Below are positions 16,753-25,339 of a stretch of 31,516 bases of DNA, one piece after another (positions within the stretch are counted from its first letter, which is position 1; the number at the start of each line of letters is the position of its first letter). The position numbers were made by a program, and so were the translations under genes. The notes beneath the pieces are model-generated. The model had not been told where the DNA came from. It saw nothing but the letters and a program-made list of their open reading frames with translations, and made no database searches. This DNA comes from a virus. Lineage: Duplodnaviria; Caudoviricetes. The DNA is taken from positions 1-31,516 of the IMG/VR virus record IMGVR_UViG_3300033516_000099, one strand, 5' to 3'.

Positions 16753-17154
16753 TTAACGGCGTAACTTTGCCGCCATGTTTTCAAGAACTGCGGCGGTTTC
16801 GGTTGCAATTCTTTCCGTTTCCGACTTGGTTTCAAGAATCCCCGAAACGCAAATTTCATTTTCGCTTTCACCATGCAAAAACGCTTTCGCGCTTTTTCCG
16901 CTTTTGCTAACAAATGCCTTTTGACCTTCAACAAGTAGCGCGGCATATTTGTTTTTCAATGTTCCGACAACGACTTTATAGTTTTCCTCTTCTATCAAAA
17001 TATCACAACTAGAACCGTTTGGCCGCAAAATGATAGAAGGAATAGAACGCAATTGTTCGCCGGTAAATTCGTGTTTCATCGCGTTCGTGTTCGCTTTCAA
17101 GCGCTTGTCGACTTCGGCGTTTCTCTTTTCAATGTTTCCGATTTTAGAGTTCAT
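16753..17154 (-). CDS. Hypothetical protein, about 133 aa
   Basis: Start revised to MNSKIG at 17154 (RBS AAAGG). Confidence 0.6.
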   Translation of the reverse strand: MNSKIGNIEKRNAEVDKRLKANTNAMKHEFTGEQLRSIPSIILRPNGSSCDILIEEENYKVVVGTLKNKYAALLVEGQKAFVSKSGKSAKAFLHGESENEICVSGILETKSETERIATETAAVLENMAAKLRR

Positions 17155-17308
17155 ACGATTCGACCTTTTCGCTTTTGGTTTCGGTTGTTTTTGGTTTTTC
17201 GGTTCGTTCGCTATTTTCAATCCATAAGGCGAATAGAATATTAAACACAAAAAAGAATACAATCGCGGCGGTCGCGACCTTTCCATTTCTCAGATTTTCA
17301 AAACCCAT
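17144..17308 (-). CDS. Small membrane protein, 54 aa
   Basis: MGFENLRNGKVATAAIVFFFVFNILFALW... with one TM segment. ATG lies just after the stop of the MazG-like gene. Confidence 0.55.
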   Translation of the reverse strand: MGFENLRNGKVATAAIVFFFVFNILFALWIENSERTEKPKTTETKSEKVESYEL

Positions 17309-17310
17309 TT

Positions 17311-17937
17311 TTAGTACCTTTTTCCGTGTAGTTTTGCGCGCGACTTGTTGAACCACATTTTCAGTTCAATATGCCGGAAAAGATTCAATTCAAATTCGTC
17401 GCAAAAACGAATCATAGTATTCAAATGGAAATGAAAGCGCGATTCGGTTTCGTGTGAATCATTACTGCAAAACCCGATCGGCGAAACAAGCAAAAGAACC
17501 GAACGCGCCAAAATTTGAATTTTCCCGTGAACGGAAGTAATTTCGGCCGAATGCGCATATTCCAGCAAAACATCGGTTCGAATTATATCCAAATCGATAT
17601 TCAAACCGCCAGCCAAATCTAGCAACCGAATAAATGCGTCGGCGATTTCGTCTTCGAAAGTATCTTTCAAGTGAACCCCAAATAAATCGGCCGGCAAACC
17701 CTTACATTCTTTTTCTGTGTCCAAATCCCAAACCAAAGAACCGCCAAACGGCGAAACGTGATCGGCGGCGAACTTGCCTTCGCGGTCGGCTTCTACGGCT
17801 TCAAATAGTTCGCCAGCGGCAAGAACTACAAATTTCGAAACGTCAACCATTCCGTTTGCGTCTTTTTTTGCATTATCCCAAAAACCTTTTTTTACGGCGT
17901 TTTCGTGTACCGCGTCGCGCAATTTGTTTAAGTTCAT
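17311..17937 (-). CDS. MazG-like NTP pyrophosphohydrolase
   Basis: HENAVKKGFW, ELFEAVEADR, EDEIADAFIRLLDLAG and KMWFNKSR..LHGKRY motifs. Confidence 0.85.
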   Translation of the reverse strand: MNLNKLRDAVHENAVKKGFWDNAKKDANGMVDVSKFVVLAAGELFEAVEADREGKFAADHVSPFGGSLVWDLDTEKECKGLPADLFGVHLKDTFEDEIADAFIRLLDLAGGLNIDLDIIRTDVLLEYAHSAEITSVHGKIQILARSVLLLVSPIGFCSNDSHETESRFHFHLNTMIRFCDEFELNLFRHIELKMWFNKSRAKLHGKRY

Positions 17938-18548
17938 TTTGAATTCTCTTTTCTTCTGAAATTGTTTCCCGTGAACGTTATTATTCCGCCGTCTTCTTTC
18001 ATTCGCTCGATTGAAGAAATGCCGATAAATTCGGCAAGGTTTTCCGGCTTATCGTTCGAAATCAAAACGGTAATCTTTTTCGGGTCCCCGTATCGCTTGT
18101 CAATAAGATTCGAAAGTTCGCGCATTTCAAACGCCGATTCTTTGCGAACTTCGAGAGCGTCAATGACCAACATTTTAGCCCCGAAAAAGCTTTCGGCGGG
18201 GTTTGGTTCGCCTTTTCCTCTTTCATGGCCCGAAAACGTGCCCATTAGCGCCAAAAACAAATCATGCGCCGTCGTATACCTAACCGACAAATCAAAATTG
18301 TAATTGAAATACGCCATTAGCGAAATAGCGGCCTGCGTTTTTCCGTTGCCGCGTTCTCCAACAAACGCAAAAGTCCCGCCGTATTTCAAAGCGTTTTTCG
18401 CTTCCTGATAAATCGAAAGCCATTGTTCGGAATCGTTGTCGCGCAATGGTCTGAAATCTGAATGACGCTTCGACGCCCCGAAGTCGGTCATAGGTTCACA
18501 AAAAACCGTCGGTTTCGGTTTAGTTAAGGAATAAATCATCGATCGCAT
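17934..18548 (-). CDS. DnaC/IstB-like AAA+ helicase loader
   Basis: Walker A GERGNGKT, LIDKRY, TVLISN, ERM..G....FTGNNFR. Lies downstream of the initiator. Confidence 0.85.
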   Translation of the reverse strand: MRSMIYSLTKPKPTVFCEPMTDFGASKRHSDFRPLRDNDSEQWLSIYQEAKNALKYGGTFAFVGERGNGKTQAAISLMAYFNYNFDLSVRYTTAHDLFLALMGTFSGHERGKGEPNPAESFFGAKMLVIDALEVRKESAFEMRELSNLIDKRYGDPKKITVLISNDKPENLAEFIGISSIERMKEDGGIITFTGNNFRRKENSK

Positions 18549-19284
18549 TCAATGTCCTTTCTTCGAACTGGCCGGCATATCTATCGACAACCGATTCATT
18601 CTTTTTAAAATTGTTTTTTTCGTTGTTTCTTTTCCATGTCGCCAAACGCTTTTTGCAGTCGAAAACCTTTTGCATTTCAAAACGCATCTTCAAGCCGCCG
18701 GCATTTGATTCCGTCCAATATTCTAAAAACTCATTCAGAACGGTTTTCCCGAATTCGCTTTCGAATTGATTCAAAGAGTTTTCGAAATCGATCTTTCTTT
18801 CTTCAATTGTTTTTTTGCGAGTGCCGGTATTTTCCGGCAAAATATTATTATCATTATTAATCGTTATTAAATCATTATTGTTTGTAGCTCGCTCGCGTTT
18901 CACTTCCGTTTCAAATGCGTTTCGTTTGCGTTTCACTTCCGTTTCAAATGCGTTTCGTGAATCTTGGTATTTGTCGTAATTGCAGACACTTAACCGTGTC
19001 GTTTTTGTTACGTTTTCGGTTTCGATCATGCCTTCGCGTTTTAACAAATCAAAGAATCTTTTCGTTTTCGTTTTTGACCAGTTCCCGAATAGTTTCCCCC
19101 ATGTTTCGAGCGACTTATAAGACTCGCCGCGCTTGCAAATAACCACTTCTTTTCCGATTAAAACTCTTTGTTCGGAATGGTTCACGTCTATCAATATCGT
19201 AAGCCATGAACGCAAATTTTCCGCGTCGCTGAAAATCCAGTGATTTTTTATTGATCTATTTATAGAAATCCAGCCATCGGTCAT
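18520..19284 (-). CDS. Replication initiator protein (lambda O-analogous), 254 aa
   Basis: GWISINRSIKNHWIF, CKRGE and NYDKYQ motifs, with internal iterons. ATG at 19284, RBS AAGGG. Confidence 0.85.
   Translation of the reverse strand: MTDGWISINRSIKNHWIFSDAENLRSWLTILIDVNHSEQRVLIGKEVVICKRGESYKSLETWGKLFGNWSKTKTKRFFDLLKREGMIETENVTKTTRLSVCNYDKYQDSRNAFETEVKRKRNAFETEVKRERATNNNDLITINNDNNILPENTGTRKKTIEERKIDFENSLNQFESEFGKTVLNEFLEYWTESNAGGLKMRFEMQKVFDCKKRLATWKRNNEKNNFKKNESVVDRYAGQFEERTLNAIDDLFLN
18841..18961. repeat. Putative replication origin: six 11-bp iterons plus AT-rich tract
   Basis: CGTTTC recurs every 11 bp from 18896 to 18961 (a 33-bp unit twice), next to the AT-rich stretch 18841-18882. Confidence 0.75.
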
Positions 19285-19496
19285 CACGAAACCCTTGTCA
19301 CAAGAACACATGGTTTCCCGTCGTGAATAATGGCGGTCACTGTTATTTTAAATCCTTTTGACGGGCCGCAGGCACGAATAGATTTACCGTCCTCCACTTT
19401 CCCCCAAATAAAAAAGTCGCCGTTCTTAGAAAGCAATTCCCACGGGTACTTTGCTTTTGACTTTTTCTGCATACCTTCGCCATGACTAACTAACAT
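19284..19496 (-). CDS. Small basic protein, possibly DNA-binding, 70 aa
   Basis: KYPW....GDFF motif and a canonical GGAGG RBS. Composition is atypical for this genome. Confidence 0.65.
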   Translation of the reverse strand: MLVSHGEGMQKKSKAKYPWELLSKNGDFFIWGKVEDGKSIRACGPSKGFKITVTAIIHDGKPCVLVTRVS

Positions 19497-19572
19497 AAAA
19501 CCTCCATTTTGTTAAGCTAAAATAATTACCGCAAAAGATAAAAGACTAGAAAAGAATAGAATCGCAGTGTTT

Positions 19573-19594
19573 AAAAAAGCCGGACTAATCCGGC
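19573..19594 (-). terminator. Intrinsic terminator
   Basis: GCCGGA-TTAG-TCCGGC-TTTTTT. Confidence 0.75.
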
Positions 19595-19598
19595 GTTC

Positions 19599-19820
19599 TT
19601 ATTGTTTCCAGTGTCCAAGCAAAGCGCGCTCGAAATAGTCAATTCCTTTTCGCAAATCTTCGCGCCAGTCGGCGCCGGCTTTTAATCCAGCGCGCAAAAT
19701 GTATTTCAAGCCGCGGGATATGTTCGCGCGCGGCTTTGCAGGTATCTCTTCGCGTTCGTCTATCGATTCCAGTATTTCAATAGGTTCGGTCGCTTGGCTT
19801 TTATAGTGCTCATTTGGCAT
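19599..19820 (-). CDS. DUF3310 (SaV / T7 gp1.7-like) protein
   Basis: HY.....EPIE..KYILRAGLK....EDLRK..DY signature. Confidence 0.85.
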   Translation of the reverse strand: MPNEHYKSQATEPIEILESIDEREEIPAKPRANISRGLKYILRAGLKAGADWREDLRKGIDYFERALLGHWKQ

Positions 19821-20139
19821 TCTTTAAAATCCTTTCGATATGCGTCAATGTTTCCGAACCTTTCGGTTTGTTTTCGTGAATCGACCGAAGAACCGAAGCC
19901 GGATAGGAAACGCCGGTTTCTTTTGCGATTTCAGCGGCAACGGCTCGAAAATCAATGTTCACGAATTCTTTTTTCAGCTTTCCGCGTTGATAAACAATGT
20001 TATTGACCATAATCAAAGTAGCTTCGCTTTTCAGCTTTCCGCGTTGTACTTGCGAAAGATAAGACGCAGAAAAATAGCGACCGTACTTTTCGACGATCGC
20101 GCTTGAAACTTTGTGGAAATCGATTTTATGTAATTGCAT
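19810..20139 (-). CDS. Tandem-duplicated HTH-like DNA-binding protein, 109 aa
   Basis: Two similar halves, IDF..V...I....G....AS.L........K...TL. Confidence 0.6.
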   Translation of the reverse strand: MQLHKIDFHKVSSAIVEKYGRYFSASYLSQVQRGKLKSEATLIMVNNIVYQRGKLKKEFVNIDFRAVAAEIAKETGVSYPASVLRSIHENKPKGSETLTHIERILKNAK

Positions 20140-20228
20140 TTTTGAAACCTTTTGTTTTGAATGGGAAGGCGCTTACATTCGCAAGCGCCCCGCGCGCCGG
20201 AAATCTGAAAAACGGCGCGCTAAAAAAA

Positions 20229-20909
20229 TTAAAATGGAAGATCATCATCGAACGGCGCCGGCGCGACTGGCGCGGCCGTTGCCGGTTGCGTTGCGCCAAA
20301 ACCGCCACCGAAGCCGCCAGTATTCCCAAAGAGATCGCCGCCAGCGGTCGCCGCTTGTTGTGGCTTCGCGCTCGCCGGCGCAAGTTTATCGGAAACCGGC
20401 CGCTTTACGGTTGCGGCTTCTTTTCCTTCGATTTTTTCCGTATACGTTTGCCATGTCTTCGGGTCGTAAAAGTGGCCGCATTTCATCGCAAATTTAATTT
20501 GCCCATTTTCCTTAAACTGAAAAACGCCGTCTCGCTCTTGATCTTGACGATATACGCCGATGCCAATTTGCAAACCCTTAAATTCGTTAATCAAAAACGC
20601 GTCTTCGCCTTCTACTTTCACCGGCTGATATGTAAGAGTGGCCAAACCTTTCAAGCCGCAAAGCGCGTTTATTTTGTCGAAGTCGAAAAGCTTCGAGCCG
20701 TCGGCGCCATGCGTGTACATAGTGACATAGTTAAGACGTTCCCCGTTCGCCGTTACGCCGTTCAATTCAATGAATCGCGCGCCGTTTTGAGTTTTCCCGA
20801 CGTAACATTCGCCAAGAGTTACTGGATAGTTGCCGCCCTTGTCGATGATTCCGGCGCGGTCCGCTTTCATTGCCGATTCTTTTTCGAAAGTAAAAAACTG
20901 CTGGCTCAT
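20229..20909 (-). CDS. Single-stranded DNA-binding protein
   Basis: Gly/Ala/Pro-rich linker and acidic C-terminus DDDLPF. Part of the recombination module. Confidence 0.8.
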   Translation of the reverse strand: MSQQFFTFEKESAMKADRAGIIDKGGNYPVTLGECYVGKTQNGARFIELNGVTANGERLNYVTMYTHGADGSKLFDFDKINALCGLKGLATLTYQPVKVEGEDAFLINEFKGLQIGIGVYRQDQERDGVFQFKENGQIKFAMKCGHFYDPKTWQTYTEKIEGKEAATVKRPVSDKLAPASAKPQQAATAGGDLFGNTGGFGGGFGATQPATAAPVAPAPFDDDLPF

Positions 20910-22030
20910 TGTCTAACCTCTTCTGTTTTGGTTTTGGTTTTGGAAATAGTGTTTTTTGTTCCTGTCTTTTGCAACATTGGTTCGAAAATAGTTTTAAAAT
21001 CTTCATTCCCGACAATATCTTTCAAAGTTTTTTGAGAAATCGAAACGTCATTTAATAGTTGAACCCTTTGTTCGTCGTTAAGGTTTTCAAGAATCGCGGC
21101 GTTTGAAGGAAAAGAACGAATCGCTGACGTTTTAAATTCAAAACCGGCGACAACTTCGCCAGCGTCCAAACGGCGCTTCACTTCTTTTTCAACATCTTCG
21201 GCCCAATCAGAAACGGCGCGCGCGAACTCATAAAGCTTTCCAAGCTTCGATCCGTCAAGCGTTGAAACATTCGTTCTGTCTGTTATTTTGAATGATTCGA
21301 CCGTTTCCGGCAAAACCTTTTTGACTTCTTTCGCTAACGCGTTTCGAGCCTTGCAGTTCAATTTGTGCGAACACCACGAACAATAGTCGCAAACAGTCGG
21401 TTCGGCGTCCTTTCTATTTTCAAGGCGTTCGAACATTTCATCGAAATACGCTTGCAGTTCGGCAACTTTGAAAACGTGCTTTTGAACGGTTTGTTCGCGG
21501 CCGTATACAACAAAGGCATAAACCGAAGCGTCACCGGAAAGATTCAATTCTTGCGCGGCGGCCAAACAGTAAATTTTCATTTGGCCGGAATAATCCCGAA
21601 CCAAACCGCTTTTATAGTCAACGACAACAAGTTCGCCAAGCGAACCGCGAAAAGTTACGTCGGCGGTCCCTTCGGTCATTCCGAAAGAAGACGTGAACGC
21701 CGCAACCTTTCTTTCGGCTTGTACCGAAGAAAATTTCGCCGAAAATTCAGAAAGTAACGAAAGAATCTTATAGTATGCCCAATCAACCGAATTCACTTCG
21801 GATTTTGTAAGGTTTTCAAGCGTCCAGTCGGCGCGCTCTTTTGGTACATTCAACGCCATTGTTTCGGCGTCGGTATGCGTCAACAAATCTTCAAGACGTG
21901 TATGTTGCAACGTTCCCCGTTCGGCCGCTTCGCCGGCTTCACTCGAATCAAATCGAATACATTTTTCGAATTGTGGAAACTTCGACGGTGAAAATTCATG
22001 GTGATATGATTCTATTTTTTCTGTTTTCAT
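20906..22030 (-). CDS. Cas4-like PD-(D/E)XK exonuclease (DUF2800-like)
   Basis: FSPS..C, AAERGT..H, GTAD, VVDYKSG, QMKIY and C.YCSWC..K..C motifs. Confidence 0.85.
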   Translation of the reverse strand: MKTEKIESYHHEFSPSKFPQFEKCIRFDSSEAGEAAERGTLQHTRLEDLLTHTDAETMALNVPKERADWTLENLTKSEVNSVDWAYYKILSLLSEFSAKFSSVQAERKVAAFTSSFGMTEGTADVTFRGSLGELVVVDYKSGLVRDYSGQMKIYCLAAAQELNLSGDASVYAFVVYGREQTVQKHVFKVAELQAYFDEMFERLENRKDAEPTVCDYCSWCSHKLNCKARNALAKEVKKVLPETVESFKITDRTNVSTLDGSKLGKLYEFARAVSDWAEDVEKEVKRRLDAGEVVAGFEFKTSAIRSFPSNAAILENLNDEQRVQLLNDVSISQKTLKDIVGNEDFKTIFEPMLQKTGTKNTISKTKTKTEEVRQ

Positions 22031-23469
22031 TAGTTGGCCCCTTTCTTAAGATTAACAAGGCTTTCAAGATTAGACGAAAGGCGATCGACAACGGCTTCGG
22101 AAAGTGCGAAAATTGACATTCCTTCGGGTAAAACTCTTTTGGAAACCAAGAATGCGGTCGCTTCGGTTTCACCGTCTAGCGCTTCGATGATTCGTTCGAG
22201 CTTTGCAGAAATGCCGTCAACCGGCAACGCGGCAACCGGTTCGCGCTTTGGTTCTTTTGCGGCGGCTTTCGCTTCGGCTTTCGTCGGTTCTTTTTTAAAG
22301 AATTCTGTCACTTCGCCGGAAATCAATTCACAAGTAAACGAAATACGTTCACCCCAAAAATTCAAAAACAATTGTTCAATCGCTTCGACGCCTTTTGGCG
22401 TTGCGACGGCGTTGTATTGGCCGGAAAGCTTCGCCGAATATCTAGCTTTCACCTCTTTAGCGCCGAATGATATTTCGGACGGCATAAGAAGAGAAACCAG
22501 CGCCGGACGATCTTTCGAAATGAATTTTAAAAACAATTGAAACGTTTCGTCGTCAAGCGGTCGCGAACTTTGAAAGGGTTCTTCGAAATCATCTTCGAAA
22601 ACGGCGGTTTGCTCGAATGACGGGCCGGAAAGTTCCGCGGCAACTTCGGCGTCGCTCTTTTCAAACGCCGGCGGGGTTTGGTTCGGCTCGGTCGGTTTCG
22701 TGCCAAAATCGGCCGGATCCGCGTAAAGAGGACCGTTCACGTTTTCAAACGTTTCAATTTTCCCCGCCGCCGCCGAACGCCGGCCGATTCCGTCTTTTTC
22801 ACGAATCGGCATTTCTTCGCCGTCGTCGTAAGCTTGTATACAATCGTAAACGAAATTCAAATCGTTCGAGATAAGCGGCGCAAACATTTCGACCGGCGAC
22901 TTTGCCGAATTTTGGCCGTTCGTTTGCGTCTCGAATGAATAAACCCCGTCAACAACGGACGTATATAAAACAATCGTAAAAAGCGATTCAAGGCCGATAA
23001 CATTGTCAACCATTCGACCGGCAGTTTTCGCTTTCATTCCCCCGTGACCATTATCTTCAACGTGTGACAAAAACCCAACAATCGCGTCGTTCGGCATATC
23101 GCGGCAAATGTCCGCAATTTTTACGAACCCCTGCGCAATGTCAGTGAATTTGTCGTAACCTTTTATTTTTGCGTCTCGAATCGTTTTCAAACCAGCTACA
23201 AACTGGTAATCGTCAACGATTATTTTTCGAAACCCGCGACGGTAAGCATATTGCAAAACCGCGACAATTCGTTCGGAATCGTCAACGACCGCCATGTTTC
23301 CGACCTCTGAATTTAAGCTTTCTATTGGCGTATAATTTTTGCGCCAAGCTCGGAAAGGCAAAGCCTTCCCGAATACGTTAATCAAAAACGTTTCTTTCGG
23401 GTTCATATTCGCCAACGAATATGATTTTCCGGTTCCCGATTCTCCCAAAACTAGAATAGTACGCGCCAT
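22030..23469 (-). CDS. Sak4-like (AAA_24) ssDNA-annealing ATPase with long C-terminal extension
   Basis: ILVLGESGTGKS, IIVDDYQF, KGYDKF and AKSPVEMF motifs in the first ~215 aa. Confidence 0.85.
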   Translation of the reverse strand: MARTILVLGESGTGKSYSLANMNPKETFLINVFGKALPFRAWRKNYTPIESLNSEVGNMAVVDDSERIVAVLQYAYRRGFRKIIVDDYQFVAGLKTIRDAKIKGYDKFTDIAQGFVKIADICRDMPNDAIVGFLSHVEDNGHGGMKAKTAGRMVDNVIGLESLFTIVLYTSVVDGVYSFETQTNGQNSAKSPVEMFAPLISNDLNFVYDCIQAYDDGEEMPIREKDGIGRRSAAAGKIETFENVNGPLYADPADFGTKPTEPNQTPPAFEKSDAEVAAELSGPSFEQTAVFEDDFEEPFQSSRPLDDETFQLFLKFISKDRPALVSLLMPSEISFGAKEVKARYSAKLSGQYNAVATPKGVEAIEQLFLNFWGERISFTCELISGEVTEFFKKEPTKAEAKAAAKEPKREPVAALPVDGISAKLERIIEALDGETEATAFLVSKRVLPEGMSIFALSEAVVDRLSSNLESLVNLKKGAN

Positions 23470-23525
23470 GTTTGGCCCCTTTTAAAAATGGTTTTTACCT
23501 TCGAACGAAAGTGTCGTTCGGGTTT

Positions 23526-23560
23526 ATAAAATAATAAAAGCAAAAAACAAAAAACAAATC
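23526..23560 (-). promoter_or_regulatory. Putative early promoter
   Basis: TTGTTT...TATTATTTTA in an AT-rich intergenic stretch after the late-operon terminator. Confidence 0.5.
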
Positions 23561-23570
23561 TTTTAAAATT

Positions 23571-23605
23571 AAAAAGGCCGCCCCGAAAATTAATTCGAAG
23601 CGGCC
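23571..23605 (-). terminator. Intrinsic terminator ending the late/lysis operon
   Basis: GGCCGCTTCGAA-loop-TTCGGGGCGGCC-TTTTT. Confidence 0.8.
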
Positions 23606-23631
23606 GCCCCTGTGCGCTATTTTGTAGCACT

Positions 23632-24183
23632 CTACAAAATAGAGAAAATCCCTTTTATCACTTTTGAACCGACTTCGAATTCGTTCGGTGAAATTTGTTC
23701 CGGCCGCTCTTGAACGGCAACGCCGGCAACGGTTGACCAAAGAAACGCCGCCAGTTCGGAACAAAAAAAGCGACTTTCGCTTTGCGATACGCGGACCGGC
23801 AAGAATGAAACAACGCCGCGCCAATCGTATTTTATTTCCTTTTTGCGGCGGTACATTTCGCAAAGCGTGTTGTTCATTGTTGATCGAACTCGATACGAAT
23901 TCAATGCGGCAACCGAAACGACATCAACAATCCAGCGGTCGCGGCTTTCTTCGGTATACTTCGAAAACGGCGAAAAAACAAATCCCGTTGCGGTCATTTC
24001 TGCAATTAGTTTTTGGTTTCCAACTTCGACAACGATTCCGGCGTGCGTTGCCGATGTTGCCGGCGCCGCGTTCTTTCCTTTTGTAATTCGGCGAATGATT
24101 TTCGCGAACAAAGAATCGCCGCCAGTCAAAACGACGTCGCCGGCCTTCATTCGTTCGTATTGTTGTTTCGTTATAGTTTTCAT
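23632..24183 (-). CDS. Permuted NlpC/P60 (YiiX/YaeF-like) cysteine amidase
   Basis: GDVVL..THAGIV..EM..YDW..FFCSEL, with His before Cys. ATG at 24183 overlaps the endolysin TGA. Confidence 0.85.
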   Translation of the reverse strand: MKTITKQQYERMKAGDVVLTGGDSLFAKIIRRITKGKNAAPATSATHAGIVVEVGNQKLIAEMTATGFVFSPFSKYTEESRDRWIVDVVSVAALNSYRVRSTMNNTLCEMYRRKKEIKYDWRGVVSFLPVRVSQSESRFFCSELAAFLWSTVAGVAVQERPEQISPNEFEVGSKVIKGIFSIL

Positions 24184-24587
24184 GCGACGCCGCCGTTTTT
24201 GATTGAATAATGGTTTCCATCGTTGAACCGGCCGCCCCAAGAACCGCCGAATCGTTCCCACCATGAACCATACTTCGCGTGCGCGGTTGTTGCGGTTTGG
24301 TATACGCCGCCGACAAACAAGTTCACATCGGCCGCCAGCTTGAAGTAATGCGTTGAATTTTTTATATGCCCTGTGTTGTCATCGTCGAATGTTTCGCCGT
24401 GTGTGAATGTGTCGCCTTCGCTGTAAATTTTCAAGGCCAAACCGCAAAACATTAGCGAAAAGCGTTGTTGTTTTTCGGAAAGTTTCTTTATAGTTGCCGC
24501 TGGCTTTTCCCGTTCGAGCCGCGCAAGTATCGACTCCACTTCGCCGAGCGCGTCGGAAAGCTTTTTCTTTTCTGATTCTTTCAACAT
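24180..24587 (-). CDS. Endolysin, M15 family peptidase (L-Ala-D-Glu type)
   Basis: S.H..KLAAD and WE..GGSWGGRF.DGNHYS zinc-peptidase motifs. Confidence 0.85.
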   Translation of the reverse strand: MLKESEKKKLSDALGEVESILARLEREKPAATIKKLSEKQQRFSLMFCGLALKIYSEGDTFTHGETFDDDNTGHIKNSTHYFKLAADVNLFVGGVYQTATTAHAKYGSWWERFGGSWGGRFNDGNHYSIKNGGVA

Positions 24588-25339
24588 TATTTCTTTTCCT
24601 TTTTCTTTAGTAGAGAATGCAAACCGTCAAAAAGTAGATACAACAAAAGACCGTGATTCCGTCGGTATTCGTTGACCTTCCTTTCTGCAATCTTGAATTC
24701 GTCAATCGCAAAAATAGCAATGTCGGAAACATACGAAACAAGCGCGCTTTCCGATATGTACTTGTCGGCCTTCCCCGATAATACCGGCGCGCGATATTTG
24801 GCGCGCGCGTTCATGTACGGGACCAAAAATTTTATTGCTTGTTTTCCTCTTGTTTTAGAGTACGACGCCAAAAGTTCGCGGCCTTCGGGTTTCGTGTATT
24901 GGTAAGAATGAAAACCGTTTTCGCGAATCCAGCCGCATGACTTCGAATATAACTTTTCGACGGCGCGCGCTATATCATGCTCAAACCTTTCGACCGTGTG
25001 CGCGAACCGTTCATTTTGCAACCGGTCGCAAGATTCCGAACAATTATCCGGTTCGACCGGTTCTTTTTTCATCTTCAAACCGTCGCGTTCGAGTATCGAA
25101 ACCCCGCCGGCCGCGAATGTATCTTCGAGCGAATCGCACAAGTCGCGAATGTAATCTTTTACTTTCCCGAAATGCAAATTTCTGATTTGTGATTCTTCGA
25201 AGATATGGTCACGCAAACGAACAACATAAAAGAATATTGAAGTTAGAACGGCCGAAAAGAAAACGGCGAACAAAACAATCGCAACGTCGCGATCGACTTT
25301 TTGAATCAGTGAAAGAACATTTGAAAGAATGTATTCCAT
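24587..25339 (-). CDS. Membrane protein with N-terminal TM segment, holin candidate, 250 aa
   Basis: Hydrophobic residues ~20-40. TAATG coupling to the endolysin. Confidence 0.45.
   Translation of the reverse strand: MEYILSNVLSLIQKVDRDVAIVLFAVFFSAVLTSIFFYVVRLRDHIFEESQIRNLHFGKVKDYIRDLCDSLEDTFAAGGVSILERDGLKMKKEPVEPDNCSESCDRLQNERFAHTVERFEHDIARAVEKLYSKSCGWIRENGFHSYQYTKPEGRELLASYSKTRGKQAIKFLVPYMNARAKYRAPVLSGKADKYISESALVSYVSDIAIFAIDEFKIAERKVNEYRRNHGLLLYLLFDGLHSLLKKKEKK

Noticed and set aside
16620-16946. 108-aa overlapping minus-strand ORF, and likewise 13081-13533, 23495-23863 and 23924-24316
   Set aside because: They overlap better-supported genes or regulatory DNA in other frames.
20906-22030. 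CRISPR-Cas system implied by the Cas4-like gene
   Set aside because: There is no array and no other cas gene. The context is a standard Sak4-exonuclease-SSB module.
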